A DNA stretch of 64,000 nt from Candidatus Thorarchaeota archaeon (lineage in GTDB: Archaea > Asgardarchaeota > Thorarchaeia > Thorarchaeales > Thorarchaeaceae): contig JAGSHN010000020.1 of NCBI GenBank assembly GCA_029855935.1, forward strand, positions 88,471-152,470, given 5' to 3'. This document shows, piece by piece, positions 18,530-28,258 of the stretch. The notes beneath the pieces are model-generated. The model searched no databases. It was given only the letters and a program-made list of their open reading frames with translations, and was not told the origin of the DNA. A program made the position numbers and the translations under genes. Position 1 is the first letter of the stretch. Each line of letters starts with the position of its first letter.

Positions 18530-20449
18530 CTACGAGTCTGTCCCCTCTGCGGTAGATGCCATCTCCGAGACCGATGAGTCTGCGGAGCCATTCAGACCAC
18601 GCAGGGCCTCAAGCTCGTTGCGGAGATTCCGAATCTCCTCCTTCAGCTTGAACTGCTTCGCCGTCTCAAGGGCCTGATTCAGCGCTTGAACCAATGCCTC
18701 ATATTCACGTTGTCGCTCTGTCGGGTCCTTCAGGGAGGCAATCTGATCTCGTTTACGTGGTACGAGCCGGAGAAGACCGCTGATTGCAGCAATGGCCTCA
18801 TCCCTACTCTGAAGTTCGCGCTCCTCCTCCTCGTCAGCCGCACTTACGATACGTGTGATCTGGTCGCGGAGATGCTCGTACTCTTTCAGGGCGGACGTGA
18901 GAATCTCCCGGACCTCCTTGTCTTCCGCTGATGTCTTCTCAAGCTCCCCCTTCAGCCTCTCCACCACTGACTCGAGGAACTGTCTTCGCGCGTCCAACTT
19001 CGTGCGCCTGCGCTCCATCCAGCGCCACTCGGACAGAATGTGCTTGACGAGGGCCTCTGCCTGATTTATCTTCTCCTTGTATTTCTCGGCCTTCTCCATC
19101 GCCGCCCTGAGGTCCTCCTCAAGCGTGTCCGCTATGAACGCGAGATGATAGCTCAGGATGTCCCCCGCACGTGCCTCCGCGAGGACACGGCTCTCCTTCA
19201 CGGCCCTCTTGGCCTCATCCCACAGGGCCTCCAGCTCCGAGTCCTCAAGTTCTGTGCGGCCCCTCATCTCGAACTCGTCCGAGACCTGCTCAACCCGTTT
19301 CTGGAGTTCCTGAAGCTCCGTAATCTTAGACCGAATGAGCGCTCTACCCAGCTTCCGGTTTAGCTCGCGGGTCAGCTTCTCACGTTCGTTCGGCACCTCA
19401 AGGAGAGCGTGAGTGTTGTCGATGAGCATCTGCAGCGCCAGCTCGTACTGTGCAACCGCCTCGGCAAACTGGCCCTTCTGCACGAGCTCATCGCCGCGCT
19501 TCTTCTGAACCAGCACACTCTCAAGAACGTCGTAGGGAGAGGTCTTGAGAGGGCCCTGTGCAAAGTCAACATTGATACTCGTTTCAAGGTCGTGGCCTGC
19601 TACGCCGTACAAGACCTGGCAGACGAGCAAGGATCCGCCTGTGCCCACGTAGATCTGATCGTGGTCAACATCAACAGACTCTATTCTCTCGCCACCTGTA
19701 TCCAGACGCCCAATCATCTGGCCCGTCTGCACCACCCAGATGGTGACCAGTTCCTGAGCGGATGCGGCGACCAGATAGTAGTCGTTGGCCCAGAGAGCAG
19801 CCACGGGTTGTGACACAACGTGAGGAAGCACCCGGGCGAGTGTCCAGTCCTCTCTCTGCCAGAGTTCGATGTCGCCGTTCCCGAGGCCGGCAATCACAAA
19901 TTCTTTGTTTCCAGCGAGTGCGGTACAGCGTTCCTTTGAGTTCAACTCCTTCATTCTTGAGGGGGCTGCACCATTCCTACGTTGCCAGACAACCACATTG
20001 CCCTTCTTCTTGTCAGACGTGCAGATGATAGTGTCGTCGACCCACAGCCCGGTGAGCTCGGACTTGTACAGCTGCCAGCTTGAAGTCTCGTGTGTCTCCT
20101 TGTTTATAGAGACAATGCGCCCCTCCCGAGAGCCGACCAAGAACGTGTCGTGATACATGGTCGACACAAGGGCTTGATAGCTGAGCTCAAACCAACCGAC
20201 CATCCCCCAGCTCGCCCTGCTCCAGACATAGACCCGCTTCCCGCACGTCGCGTAGACATTATCCGCGTCAACATGCACAGCAAGCGGAGGCGAACTGGTC
20301 TCTCCGAGCGTGGCCACCAGTGACCAGTCCTTCTTCGACCATACTCTGACAACGTTGTCGCGACAGGCTGCGTAGACGTGGTCCGTATCGTGTGTGATAC
20401 TGACGACATCAGCCTCAAGATCCACCATCCTCTCTATGGTGAGAGGCAT
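18530..20449 (-). CDS. WD40-like beta-propeller fused to a MIT/TPR-like helical bundle and coiled-coil region
   Basis: About seven repeats in the N-terminal ~290 aa (VYAACRDNVVRVW, VYATCGKRVYVW, VIAGLGNGDIELW, LVAASAQELVTIW). The C-terminal half is E/K/R/L-rich and helical. GGAGG precedes ATG 20449. Confidence 0.8.
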   Translation of the reverse strand: MPLTIERMVDLEADVVSITHDTDHVYAACRDNVVRVWSKKDWSLVATLGETSSPPLAVHVDADNVYATCGKRVYVWSRASWGMVGWFELSYQALVSTMYHDTFLVGSREGRIVSINKETHETSSWQLYKSELTGLWVDDTIICTSDKKKGNVVVWQRRNGAAPSRMKELNSKERCTALAGNKEFVIAGLGNGDIELWQREDWTLARVLPHVVSQPVAALWANDYYLVAASAQELVTIWVVQTGQMIGRLDTGGERIESVDVDHDQIYVGTGGSLLVCQVLYGVAGHDLETSINVDFAQGPLKTSPYDVLESVLVQKKRGDELVQKGQFAEAVAQYELALQMLIDNTHALLEVPNEREKLTRELNRKLGRALIRSKITELQELQKRVEQVSDEFEMRGRTELEDSELEALWDEAKRAVKESRVLAEARAGDILSYHLAFIADTLEEDLRAAMEKAEKYKEKINQAEALVKHILSEWRWMERRRTKLDARRQFLESVVERLKGELEKTSAEDKEVREILTSALKEYEHLRDQITRIVSAADEEEERELQSRDEAIAAISGLLRLVPRKRDQIASLKDPTERQREYEALVQALNQALETAKQFKLKEEIRNLRNELEALRGLNGSADSSVSEMASTAEGTDS

Positions 20450-20758
20450 GGTCCCGTCTGCACCTCCCGGAGAACTCGTCATGTTACCGACCTGCGGGCA
20501 GTGATTGCTGTTTAGAAAACGGGTCCGGTCCCGTTTAAGGCGTTTTCTAGTTGCCGAAAATACGGTGCATCATTCGAAAAACACGGGGACCGGTCCGGAT
20601 ATGGTGAGACAGGCTGATTCTGCCAGCCAGTGCCCCTTGTTCCTGACGGTCACGACCGGATGTGGGGACTATTTCCTCAGACTGCCCGTCAACATCCAGA
20701 ATACACTTAAGATAGGCATCATTTCCAGATTCAGCCGCACTAACAGGAGGAAGACTAT

Positions 20759-23449
20759 TTGGACTCTCGAAAGTGGCGAAGAGAGCTAGACCGTCTCTCT
20801 GAGATAAAAGGGATGCTCGTCACCATAGATCCCGCACTTGACGAACAGACTGACAGGATAATGAACCAACTCTACGACGTCTTCGCACGCCTCACGCGGG
20901 CCGAGAACGAGCTCGCAAGTGCAGGGTTTATGAAACGGAGGAAGCTTCAGTCGGTGGTCAAGAAGGCCAATAGCGACCTTGAGGAGGACTTTATGCGTGC
21001 CGTCAGAGAACTAGGGGAACTCTTCAGGAAAGAACACAGGGAGATCTCTACTCTTCTTCCCAAGCTGACAGCCCTTCGACCTATCGAGGCAAAGGCACTC
21101 TCCACAGTCGCGTTTCCGTCGATTGGTGCAGGAGACTTCTCCGACGCCGAGAGCCTGTACGACTTCGCGGGCAAGTTCACGAAGAGGTATTCGCTTCTCC
21201 ATCAGGAGATCACAAGGATGGTGAAGAACCTCCTCGACGAGAACAAGGGTATGGTAGACACCTACGAGCGTCACGTCACTATTGACAGGGGAGAGGTCTC
21301 GACCTCGGTCGCCACTGAAGATGTCACATCGCTCTCGCTTAGGGAGCTTCTCATTCTTCACGAGAAGCTGCTGAAGGAGAGAGAGTATCTCGACAGTCGA
21401 AAGGACGAGGTCAGCAGGATGCTTGCCACCTCACTGTTGTCAGAGGTAGAGGCTCTTCAGGCATCGGTGAGCACAGCCTCAAGATTCGGCCTCGACCTGC
21501 CTGTAGACTTCACCCACAAGCTGAGGCTCCTCGCGCGAGAGGCCTCGTCAGCCACCGATCTGACCACGCTGCTCACGCTTGAGGCACAGCTGCGCACAGC
21601 AGAGTCCCAGATGGCGAATATGCTCAGAGACAGAATCATCAATGTGAAGCACGAGGTCACGACAAGGATAGTGGACGGGGGGATACCGACCAGCGCGGAC
21701 ATAATTCCTCCCGCGCCAGTTCTCGAACTCGAGACGGACGACATCGCCACGCTTCTCTCTGCATACCAGAGGATGATGGAGTGGCAGGGCCAAGTGCGCA
21801 TCGCCCTCAAGGACAAGGTTGAAGAACTCCTTGAGGAACTCAACCGGGCCAGCGATGTCCCGAAGGACACTGGCATAACCGACGTGGTCGGTCTAAGGAA
21901 GTTCATCGCCGATTCGCGCGCAAAGCTCGACTCGGCCCAGATAGACGAACTGGTGCGAATCTACACCACTGCCAAGGGGATTCACGAGAAGGCTGTCAAG
22001 TTCGTCACGGACAAGATACGCGAATACATCGCCAGATTCAACGAGCTTGCCACATCTGCCGACAGGGTGCTTGACTATGCACAGTTGAGCAAGAAGGCGC
22101 CCAAGGTGGAGGAACTGCAGGGTAGCATAGTGTACCTTCTAGAGTCGTTGAACCGGCTCAGGGAGGCCGTGGACAGCGGTGTGGCTACATTCAGAGACGC
22201 GTGCCTGCAGGAGATTGACGCCATAATCCAAGACCTTCAGACTATCAAGCCTGCCTACGCAGAGATCTTTGTCCCCATAACACGGGACCTTGAAGAGGGC
22301 GCAGATAGAATCAAGACGCTCAATGACTTCGCCCAGATCAGGGGTGAGATGAGGGCCATAAAAGATGGCATCCTTGTCAAGGCCAAAGAGGCCCTTGAGA
22401 ACCTCAGATACAGGCTCGGTGTGAAGATCAGGCTCGCCGCAGCCAAGCTGATGGGAGCCGGTTTCGAGATACCAAAGGAGGCACAGGAGGCCATTGCCGA
22501 GCTCAACAGCATCGGTGTGGCTGCTGATAATGTCTTCAGCCTGCCGACTATCGCACGCAAGATGGTGGAGCTGTATGAACGCAAGATCAGCAAGACGGTC
22601 ATCGACACGCTGATTGAGAAGATCGAGGAGCTCATCAACAGCTTTGAGAAGGCCAAGGACATCGGTGTGGAGGTCGACTCGGAGCTTGAGACACTCTACG
22701 CAATTCGCGACAACCCACCGAGAGACCTCGAAGAGGCGGCAGAGGCCTTCGACAAGATCATGCAGATGACCACATCCGAGAGGCTGCATGAGAAGATCAA
22801 GGAACGGGCGAATCAGGCGTATGTGCAGATAGGAGGTGCCCTGTCAATCTTTGAGAGGCTCGGGATGTCTGAGTTTGTCGGGCGACTCAAGACGCTTCTT
22901 GAGGAGGTGCCCCAGCAGCTTGAGCATCAGAGCAAACACATCAACGAGGCTCTTGAGGTGTGCCTCACTCTCGCAAGTGTACAGAATGAGATGCTCACTG
23001 TGATCAAGGGTGTTGCCGAGAAAGAGAGCCAGCGCTTCGAACAGAGGCTGAGAAACGCAAGCAATTACTACTCGACCATAGAGAGAGTCATCGAGAAATA
23101 TCCAAAGGACTTCTCACGCCTCGTCTTCCCGGTTGAGCGTATCCAGCAGCTCGAGCAGCAGATGAGGGAGACAACCGACCTTGAGGAGGCACTCCAGGTC
23201 TTCGAGATGCTCCAAGAGCTCAGAGAGGAGTGGTTGCACCAGGTCGAGAAGATGGACGACTGGCACAAGAGCCTGAGAATGTATATGACAGGATTTAGTC
23301 CGACAATGAGTGCAGACGCTCGCGAGAAGTTCATTGAGGAACAGGTCAAGAAGATACGAGAGACCTTCAGTAGAGAGGACATCAGTTCCTATCTGTCGTG
23401 GGCACTCAGAGAGATTGCAGAGACAATGACCAGGGCAAGGGAACAATGA
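20759..23449 (+). CDS. 896-aa all-alpha coiled-coil/helical-repeat protein
   Basis: Long ORF with TTG start after AGGAGGA, heptad-rich, with no Walker motif or TM segment. First gene of the tubulin/FtsZ-like operon. Confidence 0.8.
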   Translation: MDSRKWRRELDRLSEIKGMLVTIDPALDEQTDRIMNQLYDVFARLTRAENELASAGFMKRRKLQSVVKKANSDLEEDFMRAVRELGELFRKEHREISTLLPKLTALRPIEAKALSTVAFPSIGAGDFSDAESLYDFAGKFTKRYSLLHQEITRMVKNLLDENKGMVDTYERHVTIDRGEVSTSVATEDVTSLSLRELLILHEKLLKEREYLDSRKDEVSRMLATSLLSEVEALQASVSTASRFGLDLPVDFTHKLRLLAREASSATDLTTLLTLEAQLRTAESQMANMLRDRIINVKHEVTTRIVDGGIPTSADIIPPAPVLELETDDIATLLSAYQRMMEWQGQVRIALKDKVEELLEELNRASDVPKDTGITDVVGLRKFIADSRAKLDSAQIDELVRIYTTAKGIHEKAVKFVTDKIREYIARFNELATSADRVLDYAQLSKKAPKVEELQGSIVYLLESLNRLREAVDSGVATFRDACLQEIDAIIQDLQTIKPAYAEIFVPITRDLEEGADRIKTLNDFAQIRGEMRAIKDGILVKAKEALENLRYRLGVKIRLAAAKLMGAGFEIPKEAQEAIAELNSIGVAADNVFSLPTIARKMVELYERKISKTVIDTLIEKIEELINSFEKAKDIGVEVDSELETLYAIRDNPPRDLEEAAEAFDKIMQMTTSERLHEKIKERANQAYVQIGGALSIFERLGMSEFVGRLKTLLEEVPQQLEHQSKHINEALEVCLTLASVQNEMLTVIKGVAEKESQRFEQRLRNASNYYSTIERVIEKYPKDFSRLVFPVERIQQLEQQMRETTDLEEALQVFEMLQELREEWLHQVEKMDDWHKSLRMYMTGFSPTMSADAREKFIEEQVKKIRETFSREDISSYLSWALREIAETMTRAREQ

Positions 23450-23454
23450 GGTAG

Positions 23455-24840
23455 GTGACAGGAATGCAAAGGAGAAGCGGTGAGGAAGACACCACCAAGG
23501 CAGCCGAGGTCTTTGCCATCGGCATCGGAGAGTGCGGTTCGAACATTGTGGGATCGTACCTAAAGGCCAGCCGCGACAGGAGGCTGCCACAGCGTGTGCG
23601 CGGCTACCTGTTGATGAACACTGACAGAGCAGACCTGACGAAGGTCCGCGAGAAATACGGCATTCCGAAGGAGCACACGATGCTATACGGTGCCAGCGAG
23701 ATCGGTGTCGGTGGCCGCTTTATGGACGGCTACAATGCCGTGATGGAGTCAAAGGACATCATCTTTGACCAGCTGAGCAACTTGGGTTTCGAAGGCGTCT
23801 CGGGCTTCTGTATCTTCACCAGCCTCGGTGGAGGCACCGGGTGCGGCGGCACTCCTGCCCTGATAGAGCTTCTCAAGCAGCGCTTTCAGGAGGAGGAGGG
23901 AAGACGTATCTTTGTGTACGTCATCGGCGTGTTGCCCTTCGAGGGACAGTCCTCTGAGGCGCTCAACTCCATCTGGGCCGTGTCGAAGCTGCTGAGGCTG
24001 CAGCTCCAGGAACGTGGAGCAGACCTGACGATCCTGCTGAGCAACAGAACGATGCTCAGAAGAATCCTACAATCCCGTACGGCCGACAGTGTTGACTACC
24101 TTCAGAGGGAGCTCAATATTGACATCGCGGACATATCCCAGATAGAGAAGATGGTACCCTCGACCCTTGACTCTGCGGGCGAGCTTGAGCAGAGGACAGA
24201 GCAGGCTTTTGTCGAGCTCGTCAACCCGCTCGCGTTGGATGTCGTCGAGGCGATGCTCTCGCCGGGTGTCCACGAGCCCAACAAAGACGTCTTCCCGACG
24301 ACCGACCTGGCTGACTATGCACGCAAGCTCGATCCTGTTGTGGTCCCCGCACTCTATACCGATGTCGGTCTGATTCCGGACGCGGGCAGCATGCCACAGC
24401 AGCTGAAAGCGATGATAGACTACGCTGTCAAGGAGTGCTCCTATGCCGATGTTGGTGACCAGCCCAACGCGGAGAGCGTCTACTACGTCTTCAGCGGCCC
24501 AAGACACATCTCAAAGGCCGAGTTTGGGATGCACCTCAAGGAGGCCCTTGACAAGTTCATTGCACCAGGTGCTGCCATCACACCGTGCTACGTTCAATAC
24601 GAGAACCCCGATGCACCAGTGAATCTGCTCCTATTGCTTGGTCTGCCCAAGATACCAGAGCTTATTCAGCTGATCAATGAGGCCACCCAGCTCGTCAACC
24701 TTCACAGTGGTCCTTCGCCACTGAAACAGAGCTGGTTTATGCGCTCAAAGGGCGTGCCCAGGAAGGAGCTTGTGAACGCCATCAATGACTTCAGGGAACT
24801 GTTCAGCTACTACATGGATGCAGGCACTCCAGTTCAGTGA
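23455..24840 (+). CDS. Divergent tubulin/FtsZ-superfamily GTPase
   Basis: T1 GIGECGSNI, T2 LMNTD, T3 GVGG, signature SLGGGTGCGG, T5 VLPF..E..N, T6 LSN and T7 TTDLADY. Confidence 0.9.
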   Translation: MTGMQRRSGEEDTTKAAEVFAIGIGECGSNIVGSYLKASRDRRLPQRVRGYLLMNTDRADLTKVREKYGIPKEHTMLYGASEIGVGGRFMDGYNAVMESKDIIFDQLSNLGFEGVSGFCIFTSLGGGTGCGGTPALIELLKQRFQEEEGRRIFVYVIGVLPFEGQSSEALNSIWAVSKLLRLQLQERGADLTILLSNRTMLRRILQSRTADSVDYLQRELNIDIADISQIEKMVPSTLDSAGELEQRTEQAFVELVNPLALDVVEAMLSPGVHEPNKDVFPTTDLADYARKLDPVVVPALYTDVGLIPDAGSMPQQLKAMIDYAVKECSYADVGDQPNAESVYYVFSGPRHISKAEFGMHLKEALDKFIAPGAAITPCYVQYENPDAPVNLLLLLGLPKIPELIQLINEATQLVNLHSGPSPLKQSWFMRSKGVPRKELVNAINDFRELFSYYMDAGTPVQ

Positions 24841-24854
24841 GCGGAGGGAACGCC

Positions 24855-25931
24855 GTGAGTGAAGAGTTCAAGATTGAGGACTTGATGGACAGGCTGCTCC
24901 TGATCGAGACCCTGAATGCAACACTCATTCACTTCCTGCTGAGCTCCCAGCTGGCGGGCGAGATCGATCCTGACAGAGTCGACTCGCTGACACAGGGTAT
25001 CAAGAGGACACGACGATGGCTTGATGAGATAGTGTCCAATGAGAGCATCCCGTCATCAACGGCAAACATCCTCAGCCTCATAGTGAAAAGACTCGCCCAG
25101 CTTGAGAGCCTCCTCCCGAAGCTCTCTCAGAGGGCGATGGAGGCTGAGAAGAAGAGCGCCGCACAAGAGATACTATCCCTACTTGAGGGAGGACCGAGCG
25201 CGACGCCAGCACAGGTCCGGCCACAGGACGCTGCTGCACCTGGTGGCCAACGCGGTGGGCCCTCACTGGTCCCTCTCGTCGAGGCCTCCGAGGAAGTGGA
25301 GGAGAAGGAGCCGTATCGAAAGGTAGACATTGAGGACGATGAGTGGGGCCTCATCTCTCAGACTCAGCGTATGATTCAGCAGTACTCCAGACGCTGTCAC
25401 GTGCTTCTGCCCACATTCTGGTTTGAGGTAATCAGAGAGCTCCACAAGTACCAGTCGGACTCGCCGTACATAGCAGACGCCATTCAGATACCGAGCGACT
25501 TTCTGATCAAGATTGTGAAGGGCCTTCTCACAGAGGCGCCCGGGGCGCGACTGCTCCAGGATCTGATGAACCAGCGGCCGCAGGAGAGCAGCCTGTCACC
25601 TAGTGAGGCCGAGCGGATCGAACGGGCCGTCGCGAAGTACTTTGCGGGTCTTGAGGACCTGCTACGCGGTGACACCCCCAAGGTCGACGAGAAGGTCGCG
25701 GAGGCGCAGATGGCCTTCGATGGCTTCGGCTGGGGCGGTCCAGAGCTAGAGAAGCGAATCATAAAGAGAATCAATCAGAGATGTCAAGAGGCGTTGCAGA
25801 ACGCAGAGGAGGACTCTGACCCGCATAGGCGTGTCATCTACGCAGAGGTGACCAAGCTCCTGTGCAAACTCCAACACGCGACGCTTGCGGAGCCGAGGCT
25901 GAGAGAGATCCTTGCCCAGATGAAGCCATAG
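24855..25931 (+). CDS. Hypothetical alpha-helical protein (two domains joined by an A/P/G-rich linker)
   Basis: Directly follows the tubulin-like gene, with GGAGGG upstream of GTG 24855. An alternative start at 24837 overlaps the upstream stop. Confidence 0.75.
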   Translation: MSEEFKIEDLMDRLLLIETLNATLIHFLLSSQLAGEIDPDRVDSLTQGIKRTRRWLDEIVSNESIPSSTANILSLIVKRLAQLESLLPKLSQRAMEAEKKSAAQEILSLLEGGPSATPAQVRPQDAAAPGGQRGGPSLVPLVEASEEVEEKEPYRKVDIEDDEWGLISQTQRMIQQYSRRCHVLLPTFWFEVIRELHKYQSDSPYIADAIQIPSDFLIKIVKGLLTEAPGARLLQDLMNQRPQESSLSPSEAERIERAVAKYFAGLEDLLRGDTPKVDEKVAEAQMAFDGFGWGGPELEKRIIKRINQRCQEALQNAEEDSDPHRRVIYAEVTKLLCKLQHATLAEPRLREILAQMKP

Positions 25932-26046
25932 AAGGCCCCCGTGAGAGACTCGTCTTGAGATTGTCCGGCCAATCCGATCAGCCCGCAGGGGACACGTTGC
26001 ATATATATGGCAGGCGAGTCAGGTCTGCTCTGAGAGGGAAAAGAAA

Positions 26047-27477
26047 GTGAGCAATCTGGACAAGATGTTCAACCCAAGAACGGCAGCAGTGGTCGGTGTG
26101 TCGACATCGAACCCGTTCTCACCCGGAAACGTCATCTTCCGAAAGCTACGTTTTGAGAATGGTATCCCGACTTATCCCATCAACCCAAAGGGAGGCACTG
26201 TGGAAGGACAGAAGGTCTACAAGTCAATATCAGAGGCCCCTGACGGCATCGACCTTGCTGTCATCTCTGTTCCTGCGAGATACGTTCCAGATGTATTGGA
26301 GGAGTGCGGCGAGAAGGGTATCAAGGCCGTCATCGTGGTCTCGGGCGGATTCAGTGAGACGGGAAAGACTGGGGCCACGCTACAAGAGGAAATAGTCGAG
26401 ATTGCCAACAAGCACGGGATTACTATGGTCGGGCCGAACTGCATCGGTGTGTATGTGCCCGACACGGTCGACACGTTCTTTCTTCCGTCGGAGCGCGTCG
26501 CTCGGCCAAGGCGCGGCCACGTTGCCATCATCTCTCAGAGCGGAGGCTGGCTCGTGGAGCGGCTTGAGGAGTTTGCTGATAGAGGTGTCGGCATCGCGGC
26601 TGCAGTCTCGATAGGCAATCAGGCTCAGACTAAGATCCACGACTTCGTCAGATACTTCGGTCGACGCAAGGACATCCGTGCAATCCTTGCCTACATAGAG
26701 GGATTCGGCGAGGGCGAGGGTAGAGAGTTCGTCAGGGCCTGCGATGAGATCACGCCGAAGATGCCTGTCGTCGTGTTCAAGGGAGGCCAGTCAGAGGCCG
26801 GACACAGGGCAACGCAGAGTCACACATCGTCTCTCGCAGGAAACGGTGCTGTCGCATCTGCGGCCTTTAGGCAGCACGGCGTGATTGAGGCAACAGACGA
26901 GGACGAGGTGATGGCGTACTCCAAGGTCTTCTCCTTCGAGTTCAGGCCGATGCTCGGTCCCAACATCGGATGCCTGACAGTCAGTGGTGGTCACGGCGTC
27001 ATTGCAACAGACGAGGCAGACCACTATGGTCTCAAGATGCCTCCGTTCAACGAGGAGGACCAAGAGGCTATGCGCGCCGTTATGACACCAGCATACCAGG
27101 GAATTGCCTCGTTCAGGAATCCGTGCGACCTGACGGGTAGTGCCTCGGATGTCGACTATGAAAGGGTCCTCGACGTCATGCTCAAGATTCACTACATTGA
27201 CGCTGCACTACTCCTACTGCTACCGTACGCACCGGGAATCTCACTCCAGATTGGCGCGCGGGTGGCCAATGTCGCGAAGCAGTACAACAAGGCCGTGGTC
27301 GCGTACGTACCGGACCTTGAGAAATACGAGGTCATCATCCGCGGGTTCGAGATCAATGGCATCCCGGTGGGCGACACCATCGAGGAGGCGGTCCAGATGC
27401 TCAACGGCATCTGGATGAGATCCCAGTATCTGATGCGAATAGGCGTCCTCAAGAAGAAGAGATCGAGCCCGACATAG
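26047..27477 (+). CDS. Acyl-CoA synthetase (NDP-forming) alpha subunit / CoA-binding protein
   Basis: YPINP, SGGFSE, GPNCIG, SQSGG, phospho-His SHTSSLAG and NPCDLTG. Confidence 0.9.
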   Translation: MSNLDKMFNPRTAAVVGVSTSNPFSPGNVIFRKLRFENGIPTYPINPKGGTVEGQKVYKSISEAPDGIDLAVISVPARYVPDVLEECGEKGIKAVIVVSGGFSETGKTGATLQEEIVEIANKHGITMVGPNCIGVYVPDTVDTFFLPSERVARPRRGHVAIISQSGGWLVERLEEFADRGVGIAAAVSIGNQAQTKIHDFVRYFGRRKDIRAILAYIEGFGEGEGREFVRACDEITPKMPVVVFKGGQSEAGHRATQSHTSSLAGNGAVASAAFRQHGVIEATDEDEVMAYSKVFSFEFRPMLGPNIGCLTVSGGHGVIATDEADHYGLKMPPFNEEDQEAMRAVMTPAYQGIASFRNPCDLTGSASDVDYERVLDVMLKIHYIDAALLLLLPYAPGISLQIGARVANVAKQYNKAVVAYVPDLEKYEVIIRGFEINGIPVGDTIEEAVQMLNGIWMRSQYLMRIGVLKKKRSSPT

Positions 27478-27571
27478 GCATTGTTGTCACATCTCTCATG
27501 CCTTTGACACACAGCACGGTACCTGTCCTACGATGAGAAGTCCTAGGGAGGGGTCAGAGGACGAGAACAGA

Positions 27572-28258
27572 TCAGTCGTTCTCACCGAGGCCCATCCGCT
27601 GCCCTATCTGCGCCAGCATCTCGTGCAACTCTCCAGGGGTCGGAAAGAGCTTGGAACGCTCCCATGCGCCTGTGCCGACGCCCATTGAGGGCAGTCCGAA
27701 GAACAGTGTGGCATTGACCTTGACATACTGACAGTCCTTCCGTGCAAAAGTGACTTGCGCCTCAAACCCGTGAACTACCCAACCCCCGACAACGATCTCC
27801 TCAAACTCGGCCATCTCCCCTGCCTGGACCGGTTCGAAATTGATTCTTCTGACAACCGGCCCCTCATAGGGCTCTGGAGTCCCGCTCGGGATGATGAAGA
27901 AGAAGTTGTACGAACTAGGAAGCGTCAGGAAAACAATGGGACCCATATCTACGTACACGCACTTGTCGCAGAAGTATACGTCACCATCTAGACTCTGCGA
28001 GAGCAACTCGACCATCTCGACAGTTCGGCCCGGAAAGATCCAGTACCACGCCATGACGGACAGACTGATGATGATGGGAAAGAGCGTCAGCAGGAAGACC
28101 ACAGGAAAGTTACCGGACACACCCAGAGGGTCATAGAACACTACGACACCCGATAACGTGATGCTGAACAGCAGCATCACCGTCCCGAGGACCTTTCCAC
28201 GCTTCGCCCGCTCTCTGAGAGCCTCAAGTTTCTCACGGGTTGTTGGACTCAGGCTCAT
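27572..28258 (-). CDS. Hypothetical membrane protein (2 N-terminal TM helices)
   Basis: ATG after GAGAGGA and two hydrophobic helices; fills the intergenic space. Confidence 0.6.
   Translation of the reverse strand: MSLSPTTREKLEALRERAKRGKVLGTVMLLFSITLSGVVVFYDPLGVSGNFPVVFLLTLFPIIISLSVMAWYWIFPGRTVEMVELLSQSLDGDVYFCDKCVYVDMGPIVFLTLPSSYNFFFIIPSGTPEPYEGPVVRRINFEPVQAGEMAEFEEIVVGGWVVHGFEAQVTFARKDCQYVKVNATLFFGLPSMGVGTGAWERSKLFPTPGELHEMLAQIGQRMGLGEND

Noticed and set aside
20759-23449. SMC/Rad50 or dynamin-like ATPase/GTPase
   Set aside because: No Walker A/B, signature or G motifs are visible.
23455-24840. Calling the gene canonical ftsZ or a bona fide alpha/beta-tubulin
   Set aside because: The motifs are mixed and the gene context is atypical; a phylogeny is needed, so no symbol was assigned.
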